Source of the DNA: Botryllus schlosseri
Taxonomy: Eukaryota
Length of the DNA: 64,000 bases
Assembly: GCA_051294905.1 (NCBI GenBank)
Contig: CM119371.1
Coordinates: 808,001 to 872,000 of the forward strand
Reading direction: 5' to 3'
Shown here in pieces: positions 1 through 13,826 of this stretch. Each line of letters begins with the position of its first letter. Position 1 is the first letter of the stretch. Made by a program: the position numbers and the translations under genes. The notes under the pieces are model-generated. The model did no database searches and was not told where the DNA came from. It was given only the letters and a program-made list of their open reading frames with translations.

Positions 1-2533
1 CATGGAATGGTTTGAATATTGTTGAACCAAATTCCAACGTCATCGTTTATAGTTAAATCTATCTTATTCTCACAACGTATAGTCACTACAGTTTTCACGA
101 CTCCGACTCCATCGCGAGGAAATTATGCAAACCCCGACTCCGACTTCACATCCCTGGTTACAACCCTGTCATAATTCCGACTCAAATTATCCCATGATCC
201 ATGCTATATCGACGTTATTTTGATTATAGACATAGCATACAATGAAAGTAGGCTAACCGCGATGAAATGATGAACGCTAAACAGCCTTCAAATTAAACGC
301 AATTTACATACTACCCATAGTTTTAGTACGCATTGAAATATTTAATTACAAATTCCAAGTAACTTTTTGCTGTCCGTATATTTCTCCCGCGACCCGTCAC
401 ATGCCAAGGTCAGCTCTAAGATAATCTACAAGCTTTGGGGGAACCCTTAATTTTCAGTCAGTCACAACAACCAAACCAACCACATTACACAATCAGCACA
501 CATTCAATACATTACTGACATTGTGCGTCCGGTTAGTTGTGTTTTAGCTAGTTGCGGATTTTTGAAGGTCATTAGTTCTCGTTGGGGTTGCATTCAAAAC
601 AAACGGTGTTTTAAAAAATATTGTTTAAAACATGTTTTAAACAGTGTTGTAAACAGTCGTTCGAAATAAAATTCTGTAAAGCTATGCCATAGGTGCGTAA
701 ATACCTTCCAAAAAACGTTGTATGAGCCGAAGAACAATTACGACCCAATAAAACCGACATATATCGATATTGGATGGTTGTAAATCTAGAAATAGGCGGT
801 TCAACAGTAAAAGTACATATATTTCGTCAAAGGAACTATATTCATCCTATATACGTTTTCAATTGTCGATGCCGATCCATTGTGACGTCAAAATTGAATA
901 TTCGTGAAGTCGTGACTTGAAAAAAAATGCTTTAAACAAGGGCTTTGATTATATCATGTTTGTTTTAAATTGATTTTTGTTTTAAATGCAACCCTATTTT
1001 TAGTTATAGTTCTCTAGTTGTCGGTTTTGAAAGTGATTTCTGACTGCTCTTAAGATACTATATTTCATATAATTTGTTCGACAAATACCGCACACTTCCG
1101 TATTTTTGATGCACTTAATCAGGGATGCCAAACGCATTTCCATGCAAATCGTGCATCATGCGTGAGGATAGTTCTACTGGCAGCCACCCACAGTTCAAGT
1201 ATGTATTTCCAAGCTTTCAACAATCCGGGATAATAATCTTTGCGGCCGGAAAATCTGTAACTGATATAGTTTCATCAACTTTACTTCTCAATTCTCAAAT
1301 TAGTCGCCTGCACTACAAGCCTATATTTTGACGTCAGTGCAGGCACACAATCTAACAATCACATCCTGGATGGCTAGTTTGTAATTCGGATTCGTCAACG
1401 TGAACATCACTTCCAAATGAGTTCATTTCACTCTTGTGATTAGGACAACAATGATGATTGGAAAATTACATCATCACACATTCACACAGACCACGCCATG
1501 ACTGCTCTCCTCTCAGATGAATCACCCTAAATAAATCCTAATGTCGCAATATGTCGGGAAAATCGTATTAGCGGGGGATATTGATTGCCTGTATGTATGG
1601 CAGCAAGTTTGATTTCGATCACCATTTTAGATTATATTGATTGTTTGCATAGAATTCTAAAATGTGAAGAAATGTCTCGCGGCACCCTTGCGAGACGCGG
1701 CACACCCGGTTGAAAATCACTGCCTATGCGTTCCTTTACACTTTCAATCGACACAAACAGACCGTCTAAATTCGCTGTTACAATTGTTATGCCAAGTGGG
1801 CCAACGACTTGGATCGCAAATTCACTACTGTGTGCGTCGTTACTAGTTTCTTCACATTTCGAAAACAGTCCGGTTATCAGGTTGTGAGATGTTCTCCTAA
1901 TAGTGAACTACCGGTAATCGGCGGAATTTGGTACCATCTTTGGCCGTGACAGTTGCGATTCCGATGTGTTTGGTATTTATTAGGCACAACACTAATTCCT
2001 GATCACATAGCGATTTTTTACAAGTGCGAGTTAATGAAAGAACACTATTTTCAAAACATACTATATTCTGATGACAAATTCATATGGCCGAATATTAAAT
2101 GTGGAACTGGACAGATTTTCTCGCAACTATTTGTCGGTGAATTCTCGGCGCTCATTGTCCATTATTGCTCACCCTCTCACTCACATCTGACACCATTACA
2201 TAATCAAACTGATCGGTTGTATCAAATTTGATCGCGCGAGAAAACATAATTAGCATGGATCAACCAAACCCCCGACTTTCGACGAATCGGTACATTGGTG
2301 CTTGTAATGTAATCCTTGGAGATATTACTGAATTTGGTTTGGTATAAGTGACGAATAATTCGATACCATGCAGCCGAAAAAGGCCCCTTTCTATATATTG
2401 TTTCTGGAACAGACCAAATAGGAAGAAAAAATTATTGTGGTAAGCCAGGCCAAAAGTTTAAACTTATTCTGCGGTGTATTGATTCTGCTTCTAAATTTAG
2501 GGCAGTAAATGATACTTTATTCGAGATGCTAAG

Positions 2534-2727
2534 CAATATTTCCCTCTAAGCTGCGCACTTGTGCAATAACGCAGTGATGACACGTTCTCTGAGCACAGAA
2601 AATCTAAGCTGCGCACAGAAAATCCGAAGTGATGATCATTTTTTCAGTCGTTACGCACTGCTGTCCAAGGACTGCGCAGTGAGTTGGTGAGTGTGCACAG
2701 ACTCGTTAAAAATTAGAAGGAACATTG
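2534..2727. mobile_element. MITE (CAAT(A/G)TT(T/C)CCTCTAA family)
   Basis: TIR CAATATTTCCCTCTAA...TTAGAAGGAACATTG; TSD ATGCTAAG/CTGCTAAG. Relatives at 4667-4850 and 43741-44839. Confidence 0.75.
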
Positions 2728-2811
2728 CTGCTAAGTGAATGTGTAAATAGAATATTAGTATTTTCATATCAATTACTGAGTATATGACTGTTTATTCACA
2801 ACTAAACTCAC

Positions 2812-2984
2812 TGACCATGTAAGAATGCTAGCAAACAAGGTTGAAACTGAACAATGCAATAATCAGACAGCAATGCCGAAGCTGGAAGTTGGAATCAGCA
2901 TTCACTCAAGTTTATTAATCAAGGTTTATGTAGACTAAGGGCGAAGGTTACGGAAGCTAGTTCATCCAGGTTAATTATGATCGT
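2812..2984 (-). pseudogene. Possible decayed LRR exon of the NLR gene
   Basis: Acceptor TTTTTTATTAG| and donor |GTGAGT. Phase-0 translation TIIINLDELASVTFALSLHKP*LINLSEC* is LRR-like but contains two stops. Confidence 0.35.
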
Positions 2985-3569
2985 CTAATAAAAAACTTTT
3001 AATATTGGCTAATAAACTTTGATATTGTGTTTCTCGAAAAATGAACATTTGCATAATATCTACCCTGAAGAGTTAAACAAGCCCATGTGACGTCTACCAG
3101 TGTCATATATTGCGCACAATTAGTCAGTCTTCGTCGCCCGTCAATTAAATTAGGTCAGTCGTCATACAGGCATTCGTTGATTGAATCTGAATTAGTCTTT
3201 TGGAGATAACAGCTGATGTCTATGGCAAATCACTATATTAGCTAATCTTCGAAGTAATACCTTAAGCCACCGGGTTCGTGATATCGATGAAAATACTCCT
3301 GATATACTCATATATCAAGTATATTCATAGTTCACTGAGCAGGTTGCTACTATATTGTTCCCATCGAATACGATTTTGAAAATTACTATGGTTCCTGCAA
3401 TAGGCCTAGCCAACGCGAAATTATGACCCCGAATGGATTGCTACGGAAAGATGTGAATATTGCACCATATCATATCTGTAGAGGGGAGGCTTCAAAATGA
3501 GTTAAATTCCAGAACAACACATCATATAGATTTCGTACGAAATGAATCATTTGAAAAAGTATGACTCAC

Positions 3570-3967
3570 TCGTATTCGATTTTCCAGACACCTTGCAATG
3601 ATGCTCAAAAGCTCGTCGTCGATACTGCAGTACCTTAAATTCAAAGAAGGAAGGCTTTGATTCCTTGCTGCGAGCGATCCAACGATATGAGCTTCATCGC
3701 GATTCAATGAGTTATGAGATGCGTTGATGACGGAAAGATCTTTCATAAGATTGTCGTCGCCCGATTCGTAGATTGCTGTATAGAGTTCCATGCGAACGTA
3801 TCTGTCTCCAGTCTTATCGTGAAGTTGTGAACGGATCGATTGATATAAAGCTTGTTGCTTCCGTTTTTGATCCGAGACTGTCAAGCAATACACAATGTCA
3901 TTGTCGTTGTACCGGTATTCGTGATGTTTGCCTAATCGTTTACGTAGCAATTGAAAAATTCACGCGA
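3570..3967 (-). CDS. NLR exon: helical linker and first LRR(s), 5' part disrupted
   Basis: ORF 3522-3950 contains RI-like LRR text (SLNRDEAHIVGSL...LPSLNLRYCSIDDELLSIIARCL) and a donor CGA|GTGAGT at 3570. Both candidate acceptors place an in-frame TGA just upstream of the ORF. Confidence 0.7.
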
Positions 3968-4112
3968 CTGTGATGAGACAGGGTTCAAATGGAGTCATTG
4001 AACTTTAATGTCTAGTTCACAATAACAAGATCATTTCATGCGCATCAATATCGCATGTTCGACTAAGATCGGCTCCAGAATTCATACCTAAGTGTTGGAG
4101 GTTTATTTAGGC

Positions 4113-5646
4113 CAGTGGTTCTTAACCTTGCCCCCAGCGCCCCCCGGGGGCGCTGGCGATCTTGAAGGGGGCGGAAACGCTCAGGGGGCGATATGGGGGG
4201 CGCTGGGCTCAGGGGAACGCTGGAGAAAAATGGCTTCGCAGTAGATGATGTGGTGATAGGACATATCTTCAATGAGTATTCAGAGCAAATCAACACCGAA
4301 ACCTTCGTTACATATCGCCTTCAAAATACATATAGGTTTAATTTTCCATGGGCGCCTAAATGACTGACACCGAATGTTCCTGTCTTGGCAATCTGAACCC
4401 CAGAAGACGAATTCCATCTGGCAGGGAAAATTATATGTCAGTGAAGAAATACCAATCTGAAATCGTGTGCGTCTTTTAGTTTAGTACGATTGGGCGAGAG
4501 GGATATTCCTGTTGGGCGACATCCCCGTTGAGCGATTCTATTTGTTTTTAAATTGCAGACAGGGGGTCACGAAATAACATCAAGCAACGAAGTCATACCA
4601 ACGGGTTCGCCTGCCCGAATATGTTTAATTATTAGTAACGGGCCCCACAGTTTACAGGAAACCTCACAATGTTCGCTTTAAGTTTTGATGAGTCTGCTCA
4701 CACTCAACAACTCACTGCGCTGACCCTTGGACAACAGTGCGTAACGACTAAAAAAGGTAATAACTCCGGATTTGTTGTGCGCAATGTAGATTTTCTGTGC
4801 GCAGGGACCGTGTCAGCACTGCGCACGTGTGCAGCTTAGAGGGAACATTGCACCTCACTCAGCTCCATGGGTAAATGTGTTTACGTGAGCAGAGAGAGGA
4901 TAAAAATTGACTTCAATTTACATGCAATTCCCGCTGATATTGACCAATTCAATCATTAATTAGTGAAAGTTTTCGCACTTCGCGCGAATAGGCGAGAATA
5001 GCTGCCTCGGGAAATGGACACCCAATGTAGATACCTAATATAGGGTATCAGCAAATAGCGGACCGCCTAATGGGGGTCTGGGAGTGAAGTCCCCCGGGAG
5101 TTTGGTTTATCACCCGATGGGGCCCAGGACTAACGTTTTTTGTTTGGGCGGGGGGCTGACGAAGTGCTGTTACGGCCCTGGTAACGAATAATTGTACCTG
5201 CGGGCACGCCCGAATATGTTTAATTATTAAATACGTGCCCTGTATCTTCCCATACAACAGCTCACTCAGTGCTACTGGTAAATCTGATTACGTGGGCTGA
5301 GAGGATAGAAAGTTTAGAGCGACTTGTATATGTAATTACCACCACCTATTCATTCATGCATTATGGAAAATTTTGGTACCTAGGGCGACCAGGCCACACA
5401 AACTTTGCTGACCATCAAAATCACGATATGGGTTTCGTGGGGGCGAAGCCCTCAGAAGTTTGGTTCATCACGCTATGGGTGCGCAAGGCAATCGTTTTTA
5501 GGAGGGTTAACGAAGTGCTGTTACGGCCCTCCCTCTTACTCATTGTCTTTATTACATTCCTTGGAATATGAAGTTTGGGTGTGGGGCGCTGGAGCACGAT
5601 GATTTTTGAAAGAGGGCGCTGGAAGAAAAAAGTTTAAGAACCACTG
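4113..5646. mobile_element. Non-autonomous hAT (Buster-like) element with nested repeats
   Basis: TIR CAGTGGTTCTTAA...TTAAGAACCACTG; perfect 8-bp TSD ATTTAGGC. Contains a CAGGGCCGTAAC-family element and the MITE at 4667-4850. Confidence 0.85.
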
Positions 5647-6066
5647 ATTTAGGCTCACCCTCCGGAAGCTGTATATTTCAAAAAGCTTAGAAGTGGGCCG
5701 TGCTACAAGTCGACGGATGCGAAACCAAAAATGCAAAAAATCGGCCTGGTGCAAATGACACCTTTAGTCGACAGACTCCATAAATACCCGAAAAAAAAAA
5801 ACAATGTCACATAGTGATCATCGATGGGCCCTGGTAGCGCTCACGTTCAATGATCTGCGAACTTATGCAGATATTAGATGTATAGGTTTTATTTAGACGA
5901 CTGAATGTAAAGACTTATTTACCAGCCATGTATGAATTTAAGATCTCTCGACTATTTCACCCCTTCGATTGTGACAATACCATGAAAGTCGTGATAAACC
6001 ATAAGCGACCCATAATAATCAATCTGTGCTGCGGCAGAATAGCCGAGGAAAACCATGATTACTCAC

Positions 6067-7506
6067 CGCTGTGAAGATCGTTATTGGATTTCATGTAAAC
6101 GATGCCTGTAACGAATCTTCGAACCACGGACCATCTTTTCTCATGTAGATGTTGGCCATCAAAGCGAGAGAACATTTCGAGCTCCATTCCCGAGATAAAA
6201 CTAGCTGCCAGAAATTCCTGCATGCTTTGATGGCAGAAGAAGAATGTGAAGTCGCCTTCCAACAAGTGACGGCTGAGGATGTTGTTGTCAGGCACTTTAG
6301 TCATCAAATCCTGCACTTCGTCTGTGGAAACTTTAAACCGATCCAAATCTGCTTTGTAGAACACGACTCGTCCCTCTTGCATGCCTTTAAACGCCATTGC
6401 CTTCAATTTGTTGATAATCGAGAGGATTTGCTTACGGTTTCGGATGTTTTCCACACTCCGTAAGACTAACAGGATCTTGCTGTACAGTTCTGTAACGGTA
6501 GACGGAGGAGGTCTATCTGGATCAATTCCCATCACCACCGCTATCAAAATCAGGAAAACCGGGACGGATAAAAGTTGTATTAATCGCGGTGACATGATTT
6601 CAATCTTCTCCCAGAGATGCTCCCCGTTCTCGCGGAGCAGACACGTGAACAGTTTATAAGCATCTTGTGATGTGAGACCATTGAGGGTGATTATTTCTTC
6701 AGGGCGTGCTTGCGCCGGCAATTCGGACACTTTGAATTCGCGTGACGACACGATGATCTTGACGTGACGAAGGATCTGGCGGGATAAGATATTGTACATG
6801 ATGATCGCAGAGCTCCCTTTCTTATATGGTGTAATCTTTCGGAGGCTACACTCCCCGAAATCCCACTGCATTTGATCAAGCCCGTCAAAAATGATAATTG
6901 CATCAGTTTGATTCTCGACCAGCCATTCGAAAGCTTTGTCCTCTTCCGATTCATTTTTGAAGAGACCGTCGAATAGAAACTGGGATGTTTTGATACCGCT
7001 CTCTGCATCCATGTTCTTCAATTCAATATAATGTACCATTTTTTGTTTCGGTTCACCGTTGTCACTCACAGATGAAATTCCGAGCGCTTTGTGCGCAATT
7101 CTACGCATGAGGGTGGTTTTACCCGATCCTGCGGACGCGACGATAGCAGTGTAACCAACTTTATAATTTGAAGGTAATTTCTCATACTTTGACAGCGATT
7201 CCATTATCTTTTCCATTGTTATCGATTTACCGTCGTTGTCGGATTGACGATAAAATCCGACTTCCTCTATCAATTGACTTTGAAAATCTTTTCTTCTTGA
7301 GCCACGAACAGTTTCATCAGTTGAAGAGTTTTTCTCGCGAAAACGGCCTTTGAAGTAGTCATCGACATTGACTTTCTTCATCTGCGGGAAAACCTCGAAG
7401 TCAGGTTCGTGAAGAAGTTCATTCTTGAAGTCTTCGCGAATTCCACTTGCCGTTTCTTGACGAGTATTTTCGTTTATAACCTCTATCAATTTCTTGTTAT
7501 TAACGC
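6067..7506 (-). CDS. NLR-family gene, large NACHT exon (NACHT NTPase + winged-helix/HD2 region)
   Basis: Uninterrupted 476-aa ORF with Walker A ASAGSGKTT, Walker B IIIFDGLDQ, sensor-like IIVSSR, SVPVFL and the NLR winged-helix motif FCHQSMQEFLAA. Bounded by acceptor TCTCTTTTCTGCAG| (exon start 7506) and donor |GTGAGT (exon end 6067). Confidence 0.93.
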
Positions 7507-7953
7507 CTGCAGAAAAGAGAGCTTAAATTAGGAAGTATATCAAAACTGCCACGTCATCTCGCCAGTGAGAAATTACTACAAATGGTATTTTCTAGGACAC
7601 TGTCATCAAACTTAATTGTTGCAGTTACATCAGCATGACGGCTGCTTTAAACGGGCCAGAGATCGGGTGTTGCTCAATGTAACCTAAAACAGTTACGATA
7701 TTCCTCCGAAATCTAATCCTGGCTACGCTTATGAACTTTATTGCTATCTTCGCGCCCAGCATTATCTGCAATGAATCATTACAAATATATACCTAACCCT
7801 GTAGTAGATCAGTCTCCCTTAACGCGACAAGATTTCTGCTGCATGTCGTGGTAAGAAAACGTAGCCGCTGTCCGCAGTGTAGTTGTCGTTGTTGTTGCAG
7901 ATGGTTGGTCGAGTTAATAAATTGTGACGTTGCAATCTTGACAGCGGCATAAC

Positions 7954-9310
7954 CAGGCCGTGTTATTTTTGGCACATGCCAAAACTGCCAAAAATAACTT
8001 ATTTTTGGCATTTTTCGATTTTTATTTTTGGCAGTTTTGGCATCGACCTCTAAATAGATAGTTTCAGCCTCGAATTAGTCACAAAAACGCTTTATTTGGG
8101 CCATTTTGTCAAAAGACACCACAAAATCTGCAGCATCCTCGTATAATCAGTGCCAACAAACAATAAGAAGAAGAAAAAACCTAACGATTTCATAGGTTAA
8201 TAATATCAAACGAAACCACGAAATGTGCAGTATCCATCGGAATCGGTGCCAATAAGCAAAAAAAGAAATAAAAGCCTAACAAACACGCTCAACAGCTGAT
8301 TGTTACAGCTGTTGAATAGACTTAAATCGTTTGCACTGTAACAGTGGTTCCAAACTCAGGTCAGCTAAGTTTCTCCTAAATTCATTTCTTGCCCAGCGAA
8401 TCTGGGAAATATCGGCTTCAACAGTAGCTGTTTAGGGAAAGAATGTTGCCAGTCATCCACAAAAGGTTTTCAGAGCTTCAAAATCTTTGGAGGGCCGAAC
8501 CGCCTTCCATGCACCATGAAAAGAGATCACTTCGCCAGTGCCATCGATCTCATCGCGGAAAGAATTTTCTTCCCGACCCTTTTCTAGGAGTTCCCTGTGT
8601 TGTCGCTCAGCTCATTCTATTTAGTAGCCCGACTATCATTTCTCCTTCAGTCTACCGATATATTTTTGGAGGACTTTTGTCACTTCAGGTGGCTTTAATA
8701 TTACCAACTCGCATGGAAGTGTCCTGGTAAGGTTAGCTTGTTTAAGAACATTGACGCAACAAGACTGTCTGGCAAAACGAGACTATGCAGCTCAGAAATA
8801 GCCAGACAGTTTGTTGCGTCACAATGTTCAACTCGATCACAATGCAAAAATCGTGGTTGATTTTGGGGGTTCCAGTTCTATGAGCAGAATATAATTTATA
8901 TTTTAATAATCAGTACTGCGACAGCTTCTCATTGATACCCGTTTTATCAAATTTACGCTCGACAAGTCGGTCAAAAATGGTCGTAAAATTGCCTTTGGAC
9001 AAATGGAAAGTATGACGTAAACCAAATGCAGTCAGCCGTTCAATCTCGCCGTGCCCACACCATTTAGGACACCATGCTTTCACCCCTAATGGGTGGGTTG
9101 GACACAGATTAAGAAACATGCCTTTCACAAACGCTCTTCTCGCTTGTAACGTCGTCCTGCTAACACAACTCCATGAACGAAAAACACTATTTGACAGGCC
9201 GAGTTATTTTTGGCATATGCCAAAAAATGCTTATTTTTTTGCATTTTCAAATTTTTATTTTTGGCAGTTTTGGCATCTGGCTGCTGAAATGCCAAAAATA
9301 ACACGTCCTG
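7954..9310 (-). mobile_element. Non-autonomous hAT-type element carrying a transposase C-terminal remnant
   Basis: TIR CAGG(C/A)CGTGTTATTTTTGGCA; perfect TSD GGCATAAC; subterminal TTTTGGCA repeats. Minus-strand remnant 8303-8734 reads LPCELVILKPPEV...SFHGAWKAV...LATFFP.TATVEADISQIRWARNEFRRNLADLSLEPLLQCKRF. Confidence 0.85.
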
Positions 9311-9702
9311 GGCATAACCTAAGGTCACGGAAAGGTAGTAGGACGTTCATTCATTGCGTGACAACTGGTTTGTAGATTTACCTCTCTGTAGCCATGAAGC
9401 ATTCGCTATTTCGTCACAATCAGAAATCAAAATGCGAAAATGAATGGTGCGACGCGGCCAACACGGTGTAGTGCGTGAGCCTGATATCATAAAAATGTTG
9501 AAACAAGCGAATCGGAGGACGATTGACAATGCGGGACAGTAACAGCACGTCGTCAGCCAACAAAAATCATTTGTATTGCCCCCACCCTCATAGGGTATAC
9601 CTGACTCTCGGGGGACGCAGTCCATCCGGCTGTACCTTTTGGGCCGCTACTTATCAGCGAGTTCTGTGGACTACTTGGTAAGTAAGCTTTAATCGTCTAG
9701 CT

Positions 9703-11241
9703 CAGTGTCTCCCAAACTTTTTTGAGCTACCGCCCCCCTGGACAGCTAATTAAGTGACACCGCCCCCCCCCCCCCCCCCGACACCCCCTCACCATACCAA
9801 ATCCTAAAACGAAAGTTGTTCTGCATTTAATACAGCTAATAATGAGACGGATGAAGCTAGTGTATCAGTATCATCATTCTCGTCATATTGGGTTCAAGTT
9901 TTGATAGGAACAATATCAGTCTAAAACCTGCAGTGTTCACTGCATGTAGGCCTACTAGCAAATCGGTTTCTGCTGTGAGTCAGAAACTTGGACACGGCGC
10001 TGAGAACACGTTCTATCAAATATGAGCGAGGAAGGGTAACGACTAAAACTCAAAATAGATCTACACTACAATTAGGGTCACCATATTTTGGGAATCTGAA
10101 ACGATGACGCTGTATCAAAATTTTCAAACTTACAATGATGGAGTAAAATCCGGAAAAAATGGTAAATTTTTCCCGAGTTTGTGGCTAATTGACTAATAAA
10201 AGGTCGTTTTCCTGGCTCAGTTTCTGAAACACCCGCCAGACCGATACTCGGGCGCTGATTTCCTATATCTCAGTCCAATTTCCACGTACATTCAAAACCA
10301 AAAATTTCAAACAAGAGGAACAACTCTCAAGAAAGAGGACGTTTAGGCGTCCTCCGAGGACACTTTCAAAAAAGTCAAAAAAGAGGACAAATCCTTTTAA
10401 AAGAGGACGTATGGTAACCCTGACTACAATGTAATCAGCTGCTCAAACATTTCATGCCTGGACACTTCACAGAATGGATTGATTATCCGGTGAGGAATTT
10501 CTAATTGGAACATATCGTGGCACCAAATCACCATCCTCGTTTAATTTTGTGAGATGATTTATTCATGTTTCTTCATCAAAACCCGGTATTCGGGCTGGAC
10601 CGGTAGCTCATAGCCAAGCTTGAGAAATAGAACAGCTGACGTGTCGCAAAATTTCGGTAAATTGTCTATCACTGACTTGTCAGTGAATACGGACAGTGCC
10701 ATGTTCACATTTATCAGGTTTTATCAATACCATATGAACGGATATATTCTATACCCTCAAAGTTTGAGAAATACTACCATCAAATAGGATTGATGTCGTT
10801 TCACACAACCAGAAAGCCGTGTCGAAGGCCACCGTAACAGCACTGTTGAAAATCCACGATCGTTTGAAACAGATAATAAAATCTCATAAAAGCCATCACA
10901 TCTTGCTGTGAGCAATAACTGCTCAAATAGACTTCGTAGATCTCCCAGCAGCACACAATGAACCACGCTTTTCGGGTATGCTGCAGGAATAACATTGTCA
11001 AGTAGCCTAACAATGGACTTTTCTGGTGCTGCGAATATAGCCTCTTTATTTTAATCAATCGTTTCAACACTATACGCAGCAGTTGACTTCGAAACCTACA
11101 CCGCCCGCATTTGCTCTCAGCGCCCCCCTACCGCCCAATTTTCTAGCCAGCGCCCCCCAATCGCCCATTTCATGGCCAGCGCCCCCTCCACGCTCGCGAA
11201 CGCCCCCAGGGTGGCGCTGGCGCCCACTTTGGGAACCACTG
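9703..11241. mobile_element. Buster-type hAT element with decayed transposase fragments
   Basis: TIR CAGTGTCTCCCAAA...TTTGGGAACCACTG; perfect TSD GTCTAGCT. Minus-strand VHCVL and NDRGFSTVLLRW...GCVKR remnants resemble the hAT CxxH and RW motifs. Confidence 0.82.
10073..10422. mobile_element. MITE with AAGAGGAC subterminal repeats (nested)
   Basis: TAGGGTCACCATA...TATGGTAACCCTG; perfect TSD ACTACAAT. Confidence 0.85.
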
Positions 11242-12548
11242 GTCTAGCTAGACTCGCAAAAGGCGATTTTTTTGTATAATTCATGATTGAATCCGTCAAT
11301 ATGATCTGGAATTGCATATATATTGTTATCAATTTTTCATTTCCTCTCTGCTCACTTAATCAGAATTACTGGTATAGCTGAGTGAGATATCTTGGGAATG
11401 TAGGGGCCGTTAAAAATGATGAAACAACTTCGGGTGGACCCATTGGTATAACAACTTCATTGCATGTTATTTCGTGACCTCATGTCTGCTATGTCAAAAG
11501 ATACCGGCAAATAATAGTTTCCTGCGGGACGACATTTGTTTTGTGGGATTCAAATTTCTTGGACAAAATCATTTGACGCCATTTATTTATCGGCTATGGA
11601 CAGTTATAGACAACATATCGAAGTTTTCGGTCAGCATAGGGGCAGTCCTTTTCGGCCAAGGATTTCTCGCAGGCGATTGTTCTGACACACTTCTCGGAGT
11701 CGCATGTGGCATGGCCTAAAACCACATATGTCTTGGTGCGTCGTGGCACGGTAATGGCCTAAGACAAAATGACAATTTCTATAAATAATGCGTATCTGTT
11801 CTTGGCGAGGGTAACCAATATTCAGGATATTTGGCAATATTAAATTGCGTGCAGCGCGGAACATTTATGACAATGTTGTATATCTATGAATTTCCCAATT
11901 TTCCAATTTCATTGGGTTTGGGGTACCAGAGATGCCAGAACACTAATGAAATCTTCATGACCTCTAGGCCTGGCAAAACTTCTTCACATGTTTTGAACTT
12001 ATTGAAAAGGTGCCTTCAGCAGCACTGGCGTAGCAGCATGTGCTGCCGCCCCTGGCTCTCTTGAAAATGCCGCACCCTAAGTAGACCGCATCAATTTCGA
12101 CATAGATTCATATTCAAGTAATCCTGTCAATAGAAATAATTACAAATATTATGCCGCGTCTCAGCCTCACCGCCTCGACGTTAATAAGGCCAAAAATAAT
12201 AAAGACAAGAAATAGCGAACGAATGTAGCTGCAAATAGAAAATCAATGGCCGCCTCAAAGCAAAAGCAGCGATAATATCCTCAAATTCAAGTTTTTGAAC
12301 GTGGTCTCTTTCTATAGACAGAACGGAGAGAGCTGATTGCCGATCATTATTCATGATAGAACTAAATAAGACTTAATCAGTCCTCACACAGCTCGCAATT
12401 GAAACACGAATGTTCAGATAAAGTTTCAGACACGAGCATAACTATGGTGTCGAATCAAGTAGCTTTGCATTAACCAACCAATGTAAAACACCAAACGCTG
12501 TTGCACTACGATCAAGCTTGGTTTCACTGCTCCGCACTAGCCTCTTAA

Positions 12549-13457
12549 CCCTTACGAGGTGGGGCCATATTTCGCAGAATTGACCTTCACTTTTCAAATT
12601 CTCACCGTGACCCCACCAGGTCTTGAATCTGGGCCTTTCCAGTTTAAAAGTGGGCGGAGTATAGCCCTCTACCGATTCCACCCTTGATCGACACCCCATG
12701 ACATGTCTGAGGTTTTTAATAAGTTTAAATAAACAAGCTTTTCCCCAAAAAAACTCTCTCTCTCTCTCAATTTTCAAGGCTGACCCTCAGGATGGCGTCA
12801 GAGAGAGGATTGTGATGCTTCAGTGCGTAGCCACTGTTGCCTGGTTTCAAACAAGCCGTCAACCATGGTTGTAAACCGCGCGGTTCGTCAGATATCGAAA
12901 AATGGAAAATACATATAAAATTTACAAATGGGCGTGGTCAGTGAGTGGTCATCAAGGTCAAATTCATGATCAAGACTCAATCGGCCCCTGCAGTCCGGTT
13001 TATGGCATAAAACAACGCGATATGCTTTCTTTTGTAATATCCAACCATTTGCAGGCATAGTAAACCTGTTTATGACTCTGAATTTGCACTTGAACTTGAC
13101 CTAGATCTTGAAAATCATTGAAGCGTGACCAAAATTTACAAATCCCCCTCCGAAAACGTTTTGATGTTTGAAACGGTGAAAATTTACATAGAAAACATGT
13201 CGACTTCTGATGTTCTGGCAGATTTTCCGACAATATTTCCCACTCGGAAAATATCCGGAAGTTTTAGGTGATAACCGTATTTTATTTTATTTTTTGTTTA
13301 TTTTTACAAACCAAAATTTTTGAGTAAGGTACTTAATACATCGGAAAAGTCTCAACTTTTCAAAAAACGTAGTACCCGATGTTAAGGGCGTGTCAACATG
13401 GAGAAATCGGTGTCGGAGACATGCCATATCAAATATGATACGCCCACCTCGTAAGGG
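12549..13457. mobile_element. piggyBac-like non-autonomous element
   Basis: TTAA|CCCTTACGAGGTGGG...CCCACCTCGTAAGGG|TTAA. Near-identical inverted copy at 32784-33718. Confidence 0.9.
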
Positions 13458-13526
13458 TTAACCCTTTTAAAATCTCAAGTTGAACAACTTCACATGATCA
13501 TACTTTAATTTGTGTTCGTCCTAGAG

Positions 13527-13826
13527 GAGTGGTTCTCAACTTTTTTTAGACACGCCCCCCTATATGATAGTGAAAAATTCCGCGCCCCTTATCGTCATAT
13601 CACAAAATCCAACCGGGATGCTAGCAACCCTAACAGATTGTTTGATGGCATGGAAGGTTATGACTGTTGATTAGAGAATTCAAAAATATGAAATTCGGTC
13701 TATATATATAGAAACACGCGTGAATTGGGGGTAAATCGCGCAGAGCGCGAATAAAATTCATTTGACCTCTTCTTCGCCCCCCGTTCAGATGCTTTCACGC
13801 GCCCCCCCCCAGGTTGAGAACCCCTG
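13527..13826. mobile_element. hAT MITE
   Basis: GAGTGGTTCTCAAC...GTTGAGAACCCCTG; perfect TSD TCCTAGAG. Confidence 0.8.

Noticed and set aside
2173..2403. Further minus-strand exon-like interval downstream of the NLR
   Set aside because: It has AG/GT boundaries but an in-frame stop and no LRR or other identifiable motif.
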